Source: Azolla caroliniana (lineage: Eukaryota > Plantae > Polypodiophyta). From it: 64,000 bases of DNA. The position numbers and the translations under genes were made by a program. The notes under the pieces were generated by a model that had not been told where the DNA came from, did no database searches, and saw only the letters and a program-made list of their open reading frames with translations. Positions 36,256 through 49,600 of this stretch are shown in pieces. Position 1 is the first letter of the stretch; every line of letters begins with the position of its first letter. Location: contig JBHGNT010000015.1 of NCBI GenBank assembly GCA_043228905.1, positions 5,890,001 to 5,954,000 on the forward strand, in the 5' to 3' direction.

Positions 36256-36983
36256 GATAAAAACCGACATGAATAGAGGACCAACATTCCTGTTCATCAA
36301 TGCAATTGAATTATATATAACAATTGATTATTATGATCAAATTAAAAGACAAAGGATCAAGGAGGATTCAAATAAAGTTGGAGGTTTGAATCTGTTGGTG
36401 TATCCAGCAATTACATGTAAATTGCGACATGTCACTACAACTAAATGTGAAATTGTCAATCCTTATCAAAAGCCTCAACATCTCATTATGCATCTTTCCG
36501 AAATGTTCTCCAAAGAAGGAGAATGGATATTGGATTAATTCTCTAGCACGGGTAAGGTTTTATATAATGTATGTTATGCTTTACATAATAAAAAATTTGT
36601 AATTTGGTTAAAACAATCTTTCTTTTATTTTCATGATAGGTATTGCATGTGGTTTGAAGCTCTTCCGAAATACTATTGCATTGGAGAAAGACGATGAACA
36701 AGTGAGTTTCATTAACATGAGGATTTAAGCCTTATGGGAATGCCCAGACTAGGACAAGGAAGTAGGGGCAAAGCACATTGCAGATACAAAACGATTTCTA
36801 CCAGCCTCACGTGAGCCGATTCCTCCATTAGCTAGTGAACCTGAGGAGATTATTGATCTTGATGAACTTCTAGAGGACCTTGTAGTTGCCAGCCTATTTG
36901 GAGTTGATACCACTACACCAATATGTGAGGGGAGTTCTAAAAATTAGGAAGAGGAGAATGATCTAGATACCTTGTTGCAATGA
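36256..36983 (+). pseudogene. Second, diverged copy of the last two exons of the DNA amino-methyltransferase gene
   Basis: Exon 36256-36551 (IKTDMNRGP...VNPYQKPQHLIMHLSEMFSKEGEWILD*FSSTG), GT-AG intron, exon from 36640 (IACGLKLFRNTIALEKDDEQVSFINMRI*ALWECPD*DKEVGAKHI). Same splice positions and phases as the copy at 4246-4975. Confidence 0.85.
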
Positions 36984-37005
36984 TATATTGATATTTTAAG
37001 CTATT

Positions 37006-37150
37006 AAGCTATATTGTTTTCATTGTTAGATTAATGTCTACATTTTGGTCTCCACGTTACATTTGTAATGTTGCTATTCACATTTTAAACTAAGCTACAT
37101 AATTTTCATTGTTAGATTAATGTCTACATTTTGGTCTCTACATTACATCT
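37006..37150 (+). repeat. Short tandem duplication (about 85-bp period)
   Basis: TAAGCTA...TTTTCATTGTTAGATTAATGTCTACATTTTGGTCTC occurs twice. Confidence 0.7.
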
Positions 37151-37699
37151 CTACGTTACATATGTAATGTTGCTATTACGTTTTAACCTTTCATTGTTTT
37201 CACTTGATGCACACTTGATCCATTTTGGACATAACATTACTTTTGTGATGTTATATTAAAGTTTTTATTATTTTGATTGTTTATGGATACTAAATGACAC
37301 TAAGGATTAGAATATGTAAAACATAATAATCACTAACTACAGACGTCACTCCCACTTCTACAACCCACCCCTCGTCATGATGGTTAAACCTTGAGATAAA
37401 ATAATCACCCCTCTTCAAAAAACATGCTAAATTTAGTTATAGGAGTTCGAAACTTTAACTTGTGTCAAGTGAAAAACCATTGTGATATTATCGAAATTCA
37501 ATTACATTTCCTCTCCGAGATCAATAACTTGACTAATATTAAAAAAACTACATGTTCCTATTGTTGTATTTTTTAAATATTAACATATAGCAAATTCGAT
37601 ATGGGTTGAGGAACAGGTGATACTGGTGTATCAAGTTTCTATATATTGCCTAAAATTGCACAATTATAAAAGGAATCTAAAAGTGCAATGTGCGATCCT

Positions 37700-37925
37700 T
37701 GCACTTGTGAACATGAACGTGTTGACCTACAAAAATGAAATAACGTCATTGCATGAGTTTGAGCACCAATTCTGTCGACCTTCAGATCAATATCGAAGGT
37801 TGGTGGGGGTGAACAAAGTATTAATGTTCCTAAAATTCATTGATCGAGATGAAAGGATGATGCTCGGTATTCCACTAGAAGATGATGATGGAGCGAATCG
37901 ACTTATTGAGATTTGGATGAAGTAA
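37700..37925 (+). mobile_element. Possible gypsy gag remnant
   Basis: VNKVLMFLKFIDRDERMMLGIPLEDDDGANRLIEIW resembles retroelement gag segments. Weak, by eye only. Confidence 0.3.
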
Positions 37926-40269
37926 AAGGAATATGTCAAAAACATGACAAGAAAAAAGAAGGTTACTTCATCAAATGAATCATCGACAAGTCAAGGTAAC
38001 CGAATTCAAATTCGTGTAGAAGAAAAGACTGTTCCAAAGAAGAATGCCTGAACATGGAGGAATTCAATAGAAAGTCTTACAAGAGCCAAAATGAAAATAA
38101 TTTAGTTATAAAATATAGAAGGGTCCGATGCTAAATCCTAAAGATGACAAAATGCAACATGCACATGTCAAGTCGAACATGAACAACCAAGAAGCAACTT
38201 TTCTTGATGCATTTCCAAGATGTTTGCTTGTTCGAAAAACATTTGTTTGTTCATGAGAGAATGACTTTCGTAAAAGCCTCCCATTTGCATTCTATTGTGC
38301 CACCATGTTGTATCTTTGTCATTTGTAACATATCCTTAACCATCTTGGAATACAAAGGTGCTCGTTTAAGGTTCATGCTCAAGTGCAATTATTTATTATT
38401 TTCAATGGCCTTCTTACAATCAAACCTATGCATACATTTGAGGTCAATACATAAAGTCTTATGATTGGATTGCAGTGTCCATTGACCGATTGAGAATTTA
38501 TGTATACAATCCAAAATACCTTCGGAAACTAGTACATTGTCAGTCACACTATTTCCATTGTGTTTTCTACATGTGAAACCATTAATGCTTAGTTATCAGG
38601 GTACACCATTTGCAATAGACATTTTGGTACTATTGCACATTTGTAGGAGTAACTTCCCAAATGGTGTGGATCTTTTTTATCACTAGAAGAGCGATTATAA
38701 ATTTGTAAATCCTCTTTCATCCTTAAGATATTTGGCATGAAAGATTGTTGTGCATCAAATTGGAAACTTCTTGTATGGGCAACCATGTCACAAAAGACAC
38801 TAACTTCCCCTTTGGATTTGAAATAAACAATAGCATCTTCTAGATTGGCAGAAGGTTTATCTTTATTGAAACAAGCATAAAAGTTAGAACCTTGATGAGG
38901 AATGTAACATCCAAACTACAAAAGTGGGCAAATCATTTTGTATTTCTATTGGACTGTCTTTGTCTTTTGCACTACTTCTATAAGGTTCTTCAATATATCA
39001 CAAGATTGTAACATCTGAGGTAAGATATCCAACAAATATTTAATAGAAAGGGACTTTATAATTTCCAAAAAAGGGACACAATTAGAGTTAAAGAGACCAT
39101 AAAAGGAAAGTATAAATCTTTGAGGGATTTATTATTCTCTTAAGCTATAAAGTTATAGTCTTTTTCTTTTTAGGTAATCACTTTCATTAATTGTAGACCT
39201 TATAGGCTAATCGTTTTATACTACGAAGACTTAAAAGCCTTTGTAATTTTGCACAACTTGATCCGTGTTTGTGATTTCTTACTTTCATGTGTTTGTGTTA
39301 AGTACTTTTAATTAGTGTAATTAATTTCTCCAATGTGTTAAATGAAGTGTTAAACTTTGGAACATGTTAAGAAGAACATAAATATTAGGGTTGCTTAGTA
39401 GTTAGTTTGCACATTACTAGGTCTAGAGGAATTGCCACCTACTCTCACTCATCTCAACAACCGAAGGGTAGATAGTGGTATGATCCTACACAATGCTGCC
39501 AGCAAAGAATACTACAAGCAAGGCTTGAGATCGACGAAGAGCCAAAAAAAAGAGTAAGAAAGAATTTATCTTTGGGAAATTGTTCCACTGGACGGAGCAA
39601 GATACATTATTCAACCTCCACCACCTTTGAGACTACTACATCAACCACGAAAACATCCAAAGTCCATACAACTCTAAACGAAACCTTCAAAAACTCGGTG
39701 CCAAAATACACAATGAATATCCTAGGGCTAACATTGCACGACTTTAAGCACCCATAGCGTTGAACAAAAAGGTAAGTACCCAAAAGGTAAACATTTTAAA
39801 AGATGTCATTTATTGTTCGTGTAGTTGGAACAAAACAATAGTATACAAAGATGGGTACTATCTTGAATAGTAGAGGATATGAAAATAACACATATAAGGA
39901 AACTATCAAAGTATTGGAAAGATGGGTGCTATCTTGAATAGCAGAGGATATGAAAATAACACATTTATTTGTGGAAACCATCAAACTATTGGAGTTCAAG
40001 GTCTCGACGTAGAGAGTTAGGGTCGAGTCGATTGCTTGGGTCTACAGATGGTAAATTGTGCGGAGCGATAACATAAACAGAAAATATTGTGATAAGAAAA
40101 GCTTGGACGACCACCGGGCAATCTGGTAGCAAGCACATACGATCCGATGCTGTCCTGGTATAAAATAATATTTAGGGGGACCCATCAAATATTGACACCC
40201 AATGAGTCAAGGTGATGGTGGTAGGAGCATGAAAGGTAACTAAACCAGGCCTCATGGGCTATATACGGC

Positions 40270-42489
40270 CTAGGCCCTAGAGAATATCCACCACAACAGA
40301 TTTGTCAAAGAGTTGCCATCATCATACTCACTCAAGGTGAGCACATTTGCCAGAGCTTGCTGAGGTGAGTAGGAAGCCTGCATGGCATACACAAATCCTT
40401 TCCAGCCGTCCGTGGCACCCGCGCGCTGCAGAGCGGGTAATGCCCAATCCACGAGATCCCGGACAAACCCAAGATCGCCCAACAGAAGCTCTGTGATCGG
40501 GACGATTGGGAGCACTTGAATGCCGAGGCGGCACTCCCTCCATTCGGCCGGGGCAAACCATAGGCCACTATCTCTCTTGTTCGCCCACAACACGCCCACA
40601 ACCCGATTCCCTGAGACAAACTCGCTCTCGTAGAGAGTGCTGCCCAACGGGACGTGCCATAAGGCCCGGGCCGCTCTCATTTCGAGGGCCGCGAGGGTGA
40701 GCGCGGTACAAATGAGGTCATCGTCCCCGAAAGCCTGGCCCAGAAGGGCTGCGGCGTAATACGCATTCACGGCTTCACTCGTGCTCTCTTGGTTGCGCCC
40801 GTCGGCGAACTCGGTCAGCCCGCCCGCCCAAGAATGCAGAACCCAGAGATCGAAGTTCCTCAACCTCGGGAAAAGGGCATCACTAGCATGGTTATGGCGC
40901 CCGCCCAAGCTCATGTAATCTTCTACGAGTGCGTAGAGATGAGGTTTGTATGAAGCTCCCCACGATGGGTCGAGTTTGGCTAGGACCGCCCCCGCATAGC
41001 AGAAGTAGCCCAAATGATAGTGGTGATCATTGTAGAGACCGAAGCCGAAGTCCGCACCCGAATCCATGGCACCATTGCGGGTCGTGAGGCCCCCCCATAT
41101 GTCATCGTAGAGGAACGCGTTCCCCTTGAATGTCCCGGCCATCCAAGGCGTCAACGATGCTACAAGAAACTTCCGGACAGTCTCCACCGAGTCTTTCAGA
41201 ATCGTCTGGGCCGTCTGGGCCGGCTCGACAGAGCCCATCTCTTGGGCTATAAGAGCCATCCGGGCCGCCCGGGCCACTGCCTTCCCATAGAAGTACGACG
41301 AATCGGTAGTGATCGGTTTTAGTCCGGCCACTTCGCTCTGGAGCGCATCTGTGATCGCCTTCTTCTTCGATTTGGAATCAAGATTAATGCCTTTAACAGA
41401 ATACCAATCTACCGAGATGGGATTCTCGCTCAGATCCCATGAATCTCCAATGATTCCTTGCATCTCCCCATCTATACTGTTATAGGAGAGCTTCTGCAGA
41501 GATCCGAGTAGTAGATCTCTGCTCATCATGTCTCGGTGCATAGGAAGGCTTAGCATCAGTAATTGCCCACTCCCCACCCTCTCCCATGAGTATTTCACTC
41601 GGAATGGAGCAGACAGATCGGCATGGCCGTGTACAGGATAGCTTGATTTGAATTTGTCCAAGACAGACTCAGCTGAATCATCATCATCACCATCGGATGG
41701 GAGGAATGCCACTCTCAGAAACCCTTGGAAATCATGGCCGACACTCAGATCTGAGGACAACTTTAAAGCAACAGAGCTGTAGATGAGCCACTTCTGGCCA
41801 TTGTTGAATGTGATTCTGTGCTTGGTGAGATCCGCATGGCTCCATAGCTCGATCACGCCATGGATGGACGAGATTCGGACTGCAGATCCATGGCCATGGA
41901 ATACGAAAGTGATATAAGGGCAACCTCTCACCAGAGGCACGCTCAGATATTCCTCAAACTGGAGAGTGACGCTGAGATCGTCGTAATGGCTGACCACATG
42001 CTTGGAGGAAGAAGAGAGCGCGCTGCAGGAAATGGTGAGATCTGGAACAAAGGATTGAATGATGAATCCTGGTTGAACTATCCTAGAAGGGTAGCCCATG
42101 GATATGGCTCCATCTTTGGATTGAATCAGATATGGATGGATGTATTCAGGTACGCTTCCTTCATTGAGGATGTAATTCAGCCATGGCGTGTTTGTAGGCA
42201 GGGGCGATTGGAGTAGCGTCGGATCCCAAAGGCCAGATGGGGGAGGTATATTAGTCTTCACTGATAAAGGGAACGGCTGTGAACCTGCAGACACAAGGAG
42301 GACCTCATCATCAACAGGAAGAAGTCTGCGAATGGCTGAGTGTAGAGACGATCTTGCAGAGTTGGACGCAGGAGAAGAATGGTGGGAGGAGGAGGAGGAG
42401 GAGGAGGAGGAGAAGAAGCAACAGAGGAAGAGGAGGAAGAAGAAGATGAAGAGCATGTGCCATGTCCATGCCTGTTCTGCCATAGGCAA
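40270..42489 (-). CDS. Glycoside hydrolase family 81 endo-1,3(4)-beta-glucanase (beta-glucan-binding protein-like), secreted, single exon
   Basis: 739-aa intact ORF with a hydrophobic signal peptide and poly-Ser. GH81 motifs PLPTN, YFYGKAVARAAR, YNDHHYHLGYF, GRNQESTSEAVNAYY, LGIQVLP. Confidence 0.93.
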   Translation of the reverse strand: MPMAEQAWTWHMLFIFFFLLFLCCFFSSSSSSSSSHHSSPASNSARSSLHSAIRRLLPVDDEVLLVSAGSQPFPLSVKTNIPPPSGLWDPTLLQSPLPTNTPWLNYILNEGSVPEYIHPYLIQSKDGAISMGYPSRIVQPGFIIQSFVPDLTISCSALSSSSKHVVSHYDDLSVTLQFEEYLSVPLVRGCPYITFVFHGHGSAVRISSIHGVIELWSHADLTKHRITFNNGQKWLIYSSVALKLSSDLSVGHDFQGFLRVAFLPSDGDDDDSAESVLDKFKSSYPVHGHADLSAPFRVKYSWERVGSGQLLMLSLPMHRDMMSRDLLLGSLQKLSYNSIDGEMQGIIGDSWDLSENPISVDWYSVKGINLDSKSKKKAITDALQSEVAGLKPITTDSSYFYGKAVARAARMALIAQEMGSVEPAQTAQTILKDSVETVRKFLVASLTPWMAGTFKGNAFLYDDIWGGLTTRNGAMDSGADFGFGLYNDHHYHLGYFCYAGAVLAKLDPSWGASYKPHLYALVEDYMSLGGRHNHASDALFPRLRNFDLWVLHSWAGGLTEFADGRNQESTSEAVNAYYAAALLGQAFGDDDLICTALTLAALEMRAARALWHVPLGSTLYESEFVSGNRVVGVLWANKRDSGLWFAPAEWRECRLGIQVLPIVPITELLLGDLGFVRDLVDWALPALQRAGATDGWKGFVYAMQASYSPQQALANVLTLSEYDDGNSLTNLLWWIFSRA

Positions 42490-42771
42490 TGGCGATCTAT
42501 ATATATCGTAAGTGGTATTGATTTTGACACCAAGAAATGAAGAAGAAGAAGAAGAAGAAGAAGAAGAAGATCGTCTGCGCTAATGTCTCTTGTCAGTTGA
42601 CGGCCATATCCAGAAATCACGTAGCAAAATGCATGGAGACAGACAGAGACAGAGACAGAAAAAAGATCATACTAAAAATAGAGATGAGGATAAGAATGTC
42701 CGAAGGTGGAGGAGAATGCAGGCTATATTAGATGTGTGTACTGCAGGGCTCCGTGCATGTATCCATATATA

Positions 42772-42897
42772 TACTGTATGTATGTATGTATGTATGTATG
42801 TATGTATGTATTTATGTATGTATGTATGTATGGGGCCGGGCTCCTCCATGCATGATATACATGTATCTCCGTACATATGTATATCTATATTTTTATC

Positions 42898-42934
<37 letters not shown>

Positions 42935-43066
42935 TTGTATGTAGTACTGTATGTATGTATGTATGTATGTATGTATGTATTTATGTATGTATGTATGTAT
43001 GGGGCCGGGCTCCTCCATGCATGATATACATGTATCTCCGTACATATGTATATCTATATTTTTATC

Positions 43067-43103
<37 letters not shown>

Positions 43104-43270
43104 TTGTATGTAGTACTGTATGTATGTATGTATGTATGTATGTATGTATGTATGTATATATGTATGTATGTATGTATGTATGTAATAATGTATGTGTGTA
43201 TGTATGTATGGGGGGCTCCTCCATGCACGCATATCCATTGTATATGCATCTATGTATATCTCTATCGTTC
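42772..43270 (+). repeat. (TATG)n microsatellite inside an approximately 170-bp unit repeated about 2.5 times
   Basis: The unit TACTG(TATG)n-GGGCCGGGCTCCTCCATGCATG... recurs at about 42772, 42945 and 43114 (third copy diverged). Confidence 0.9.
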
Positions 43271-43780
43271 TCCATGCCAATTTGATGTCCCTCTTTTGTA
43301 TTTTGAGGTTGTGGGATCCCATCCTTTTTTGCATACAAGCTTTTGTGCACTGGTTTGGAGAATATCAATGCCTTGTTTGCTGACACTTTATCCTAATTGC
43401 ATGCATCACAAAGCACACCAAGTTTAGAGATACAGTTTGCTACATAATTCAATGCCTTTTGTTCTATTATTCATGGGATTATCGTGTTAAACCATGACAA
43501 TGTTATGTGCCGTAGCCATATGTTTCCTTTGACCGAAACATGAACCCTTATAAAAAGCAAGCCGTCATTTGGATATCTATTTTTTTTATCAACCCTTGTC
43601 ATGATCATTGCAATAGTAAAAGAAAGCATTCGTTCTTGCCATATTTGGGCTTCCTTTTGTGAAAGTGTGAATGCATGGTTGTCTTCTAAGGGACATCGTA
43701 CCACCTGACAACACCTTCCATGGTCATCGGCAAGAGCAAGAAATTTTTCCACTTGCAGATTGCATGGCCCATGAATTTGA

Positions 43781-44261
43781 ATTTTATCCTGGCTTGGACT
43801 AACCGCAAACCCAAGGTATTCCTTTCTGGAATTCGTATCCAAAGGGGTGGTCGGAGACATGAATTATGATTCTCACCCAAACATTTATCAATATACGGTT
43901 CCTTTTCGGAACACTAAAAACGTATCCGACACTCAATTACACGCGTAAGATAATGAATTATAGCACAGACATCAAGTAAACAAGATGGGTAACAAGCGAG
44001 ACAATAAGATAGATCATTATTAATTCAACTTGCATTACTTCCATAAATCATACATCAATCGGGACTCTTTATATCGGCATTCGGTAAGGTTACAAAACGG
44101 TGCCTCATTCAGCTACCCGATTACAGAACGGTGCGGATCCGGATCGGTACAACTATCCGGGATCTGGCATTTCCTTAATCTAAATCATCGATAACTCCGG
44201 CTTTATCCCTTTCCGGTTCACACCTCCGCCTCTGGATCATACTCTTCCTCTTAGGCCAACA
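43781..44261 (-). mobile_element. Solo LTR related to the gypsy G LTR
   Basis: Minus strand starts TGTTGGCC like 58191. Shares GTTGTACCGATCCGGATCCG and TCTTACGCGTGTAA. TTTGA flanks both sides; the left end is degenerate. Confidence 0.7.
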
Positions 44262-46687
44262 TTTGATAGGGTAACTATCATGAAAGGTAAGTGCTACTTT
44301 TGGGTGGTAACCAATTGTCATATGTTTCACTCCCAATGCCTTCTTACCAACGTAGGAACAATCCTAAAGGATACGGCATGCAAAATAGAGAATAACACTT
44401 TGCACATAGAAACGACACCCTTCATTCCTACATTATGAGATGTTGAGATTCTATTGGCGAGACAATGTTCTCTACTTCAAGATCCGTTCATCTCAACTTC
44501 CACGGTATAATTGAAGCTAATATTTGATGTTATGGATCACTAATGGTATTTATGTTTGTCTCTTGACTATCACTCAACGTTAATTGGTTCAGTTAAGCAC
44601 CTCAAACGACATTTGGTATCAATATTTATGGCTTAATTTTGATTTGTAATATTGGTATCAAAGCTTGATATTCTTAATTTTTTTCTCTTTCTCGTTGCTT
44701 ATTCTTGGATCCAAGAAACCAAAGGAGTGAGAAATTGTTTTTTGTTTTTTTCTTGCTTGCTACTAATTTTCTAACATTTGGATTATGTTATGGCAATTGC
44801 TTCAATATAAATATTTGAAATTTGATTTCAATGCCTCAAATGCTAGAATGATGTCTGAAAAGAGGAGCACAAGTGGGTTATCATAGTTGTGTTACCCCAA
44901 TATCTTTGTTATAAAAGAGTCCGTTGGGATAAGTAGAGACGTGGTAAAATATCGCTTATTTCAGTTTTGTTGGAGACAGGGGCAACATGAGTTTTTGCTA
45001 TTTTCTTACTAGTTCTGTATTGTTCCTCCGGGTTGTATGTTCTGATCCCACTGTGGATTCGGGTTGAATTCTATTGTATTGTGTTTGCTAACTAATGCGA
45101 ACCAGTGATTTTTTGGAAAAAAGAAGAAGAATGTATCTTAAACATTTATTATCTCGAGATTAACATATTTGTTTTTGTGCTTGAGTCATATATTTATAAA
45201 TATCCTTTTTTCTTTCCTCAAACACTAATAGACATAGTCCGAATTAATAGATTGTTTATCGATATTATTCAATGATCGATCAATATTTGTGATTATAGTC
45301 AAGCAATTAATTATATGTTGATATCTGATTCAACAATTAATCACATGCTTGTCATATTTTATGCGATATTCTATTTATCATTAACCAATTGGTAGATATT
45401 TAATCAATTCCTTACTTAATAATTGATCTTTAATCAAATTTTATGGTTCATCAATTGATCATCAACGCACATCAACGCGCACAGTAGCTGTTCATTGCGT
45501 TATGATGAGCAATGAGGTGCACTAAAGTATGTTTTGCATGCACGGAGACATGTGTATATATGAGCATTAATAATCAATAATACACTTAGAAAAAAAACAA
45601 TCAAGCTTCATACAAAACAATGTGCACATGACACTCATGCATTTAAAACACTCATATATGAATCTATTAACTCTTGCAAATTGGGATAAGTTCAAATATG
45701 ACTTAAAGAACTAGGACCATTATTTTAGGCACATGTACACAACTTTATTTTAACCAATGTCGTGCGCAAATAAATGTGATTGAGCATTTGAGAGTCACTA
45801 TGCATCACTAATATAGAGATCAAGGAAAGTTGTAGAAGGTTACTCATCCCCGTGGTTCTTACAACATCCATTTTGTAATAAAATGGTATTGAACTCCATA
45901 TCATTTGTATTGAAGTCTTACCATCATACAATGTATAATGACAAGAAACAAATACTATGACACGTTCGCTACAAAGTAAATGTTCTAAAACTATGCGCTA
46001 GATAGATTTCAAAGTCCTTATGTAAATAAGGAAACTTAGTTACACATGCCTTATTTGAATCTCATGGCTTACTTAGAGAGATCACTCTAGTAGGCTTAGA
46101 GAATGAATAGCTTCTTTGTAGTGTGTCACGTCACAAGAATGGGAGTTAGATCAATGCGTGTGTGTTAAACTTCTAGGGTTCTTGACCAAGTTGAGATAGA
46201 TAAGATGAACAAAATTCAAGAAGAATAATTTGGTCAAACGATAAATATACCAAAGAATAGGGTAAGTGGGAACAATGCATCGTGCTACAACTAGACCAGG
46301 TAGACGTGTCAAATGTCAACAAAGAAATTGTCTAGAAATAGAATCCTTTAGAAAACCTTGGGAAATAAGGCTCATGTAAAATGTAGCACCAAAGAAGACC
46401 AAATATGGAAATAGCATACAAAATACCATAGTCATCAAGTCATAACATCATTAAAGGCCATTAAGGAACTTCAACCCATGTCCTCCATTGTACATATCCA
46501 AGATTTGCTTTTGTAATTAGTTTAAGCCTAGCACGTCATGACCTACATTGTTTATATCCAAGTGGTTCCTTTAGAAATAACGTAAGCCAAGCATAAAAGA
46601 TTTTGTGATGACTAAAAAACATGCTTGAATAAATGCCAAGTGGTGATAACACATGAATGCAAATTGGTGATCATCCATAAGTCCAAC

Positions 46688-49600
46688 CAGTGTTGCCTTT
46701 TGACGGCTAATATTGCCTGTCATGAGAACGGTATTCCAAAATTTTTGCCTGTCAAATGACTGTTTGTCAAAAAATTTGCCCTTCAAAAAGTAAATACATT
46801 GAATATTCGTACTAAACAAGATATTATATACCCTTCTATCCTTTGCATCTTTCCAAATTTCATATACACGATCCCATTGTATTTCTTCAATGTGTGGCCC
46901 ATTCAATAAGACTCACATTAAATAATCTAAAGGCTCTATATTCAATTGATTTCTTTTCATCTCTTTGATGAGATTTTGCTTGGAGAACCCTCTCTCACAC
47001 GAAACTGTGCTAGATGGAATAACCAAAGTAGTGTGCCATAATTTCATCAAATGAGGGAAACTATCTGGCCAATCCTTCATTTTGCAAAACATACGCCAAG
47101 TTTCACGCATAACATAGCCTTCACAATTTAAACGTAAAGTGTCAACAAACCTATAGAGTTCCATTTCACAAGCCTTTGCATCATGTAAAATTTGAAGACA
47201 TGCATTGACATGAACATTTGGTTGTAAGTGAGAAATCAAAATTCCCAACCATGTCTTTGCTTTACTATCCCTAATCACATCATCCTCTGCATAATGGCAT
47301 GGGCTGAATATTTTGTTGCATTGAAGAGGCTTAAGCTTAAATTAGGGAACCTTGCATTTAGTCCATCAATAATCTTTTGCACATAATTTTGAGATATAGT
47401 TTAATACAACTTTCAAGTGATCCATCTATAAATGGCATCATTCCCTTAGATTTTTCAATATTCAGATTCTTATCATTGTGACTTGCTTTATCCATGGGAA
47501 TTTGTTTGAAGTATAGTTCATGTATATATTGTGGTGTGCATGTGTTCCTTTGTGCCACCTTTTTAGTTCACCCTTTTTAGGATGCACGTACCCAACTTGA
47601 ACCACCCTTTTAGCACACCCTTTTTAGGATGTGTGTGCCCAAAATGACCCACCCTTTTTGCACACCCTTTTTAGCCAAGCCAACCCAAATGGGTTCCGTT
47701 GTATCAACTATAAATTGATTAAGAAGTAAGAAGCTAAGTAGACTGGTTTTTGATCTCTTATGTACATTTCACATATTGGTGGAGATGCGTGGTACCCGTT
47801 CCCCACATCCAAGCATCTGCCTCTTCCGCTTCGTAGGTAGCATTGCCCTCACCACCATCACCGACACTCTTGTTAGTCTCTTGTAGTAGTATCTCTTCTA
47901 TTAGCACCGCCTTAGTTCACTAGTTAGGATTCCCGATATCCACCGCTTCCTCCATCCAAGTCGTTTTTTGCGATCGCCATCTATACCTCTCTAGCACGCA
48001 AGCTCACTACACCTTCACCTGAGGCACTCTCACCTTCTCACACCACTTTTATGTCTTGCCCCACCAACTCTCCCCCCTCACCTTAGGTTGCCCACTAACT
48101 TCTTGCCCCATGAGTTTCTCCGATCCCCCTCCTACACGATAGCCCTCCTGTCCCCCACCTCAGCCAAGTCCAAGTGGCCCTTAGTCCACAAGAGTGATTG
48201 ATCTTTCTTTGCCAAATGATCTTTTCCCAGATCCCCCTCTGACACAATAGCCCTCCTGTCCCCCACCTCAGCCAAGTCCCGGTGGCCCTCATTCCACAGG
48301 AGCGATTGATCTTCGCCGCCATATGATCTTTCCTTGATCCCCCTTCGACACGATAGCCCTCTTGTCCCCCACCTCAGCAAAGTCCAGGTGGCCCTCAGTC
48401 CACAGGAGTGATTGATCTCTATTCGATGATTGATAGCTTGTTTTCCATCACTAGCCCCGTCCAACTATCAAGGCCAACAGTTTCACGGGGATGTCCTCAA
48501 CGTTGTTGCAACTCAACTACGTGTCCGTAGATGTTTACATCCCCACGCCATCTTCACCGAACGCCTCAACAAGACCCTCAAACACGAGATGACTGCATAA
48601 ATCAACCCTTTTCGAGCACTCTATGGGCGTAACCCTCGCCTCGCACTAGAATCATCCATGGATTTCCATTTGAAACCTGCCATCAGATGTTCCCCCTCCT
48701 TCGACAAGCCACTGTTCTTGTTCATGTACCTATCCTGTTCTTGTTCATGCCCCTCAATCTCTTGTTTGTCGCAGGGGGGAAATGTGGTGTGCATGTGTTC
48801 CTTTGTGCCACCCTTTTAGCTCACCCTTTTTAGGATGCACGTACCCAAGTTGACCCACCCTTTTAGCACACCCTTTTTAGGATGCGTGTGCCCAAAATGA
48901 CCCACCCTTTTAGCACACCCTTTTTAGCCAAGCCAACCCAAATGGGTTCTGTTGTATCAACTATAAATTGATTAAGAAGTAAGAAGCTAAGTAGACTAGT
49001 TTTTGATCTCTTATGTGCATTTCACAATATGTAATGCCATCTTTATCCTCTATTTCCAAAATCCCAACTTTAGAACATCTTAAGAATTTGGATAAATACA
49101 TTGCTCTATCCGCAAATGTGCCGCATATTAGAAATAATAATGTCAATTTCTGCACCAATTGAAGTTACATCCAAATTCTCTTTTTGAAGTTTCAAGCTCA
49201 AAATATTCATCAAATGCAACACATTAGCCATCATACAAAAGCAAAATTATACACTATAGATACAACCTTTACTATACCACTCTTTTAAGTTCTCTTTCTT
49301 CCAAATAGTAAGCATTGCAAGCATTATACTTACTAGTCCTTCCATGACTTGACCACATGACAACCAACGAATATTATGAATTTGTAAGGGTCTATGAGCA
49401 TCCAATTGTATTTTCTCCAACAACTCTAAAATTTCATATGTTTGATACTATTGTTAACCTATGCATATACCTTATTTGCATTTTTTTCTACAAGAATGAG
49501 CTCATGGATATCTCTAGATACATCTAAAATAACCAATGCTTCTCTATGAGCAATACAATACACCAACCAAATTTGGGATATCATTTTTCATTAATGTTAA

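Noticed and set aside
37300-37700. A TIR closing the second MTase remnant
   Set aside because: No convincing match to the 32-bp TIR was found by eye.
38200-39760. Possible decayed transposase or LTR remnants
   Set aside because: Too degenerate to assign a family or boundaries without a search.
42590-43427. MYVC/HTYI-repeat ORFs
   Set aside because: Translations of the (TATG)n microsatellite.
44640-44670. PBS-like TGGTATCAAAGC
   Set aside because: No delimitable LTR pair or coding region follows; at most an old remnant.
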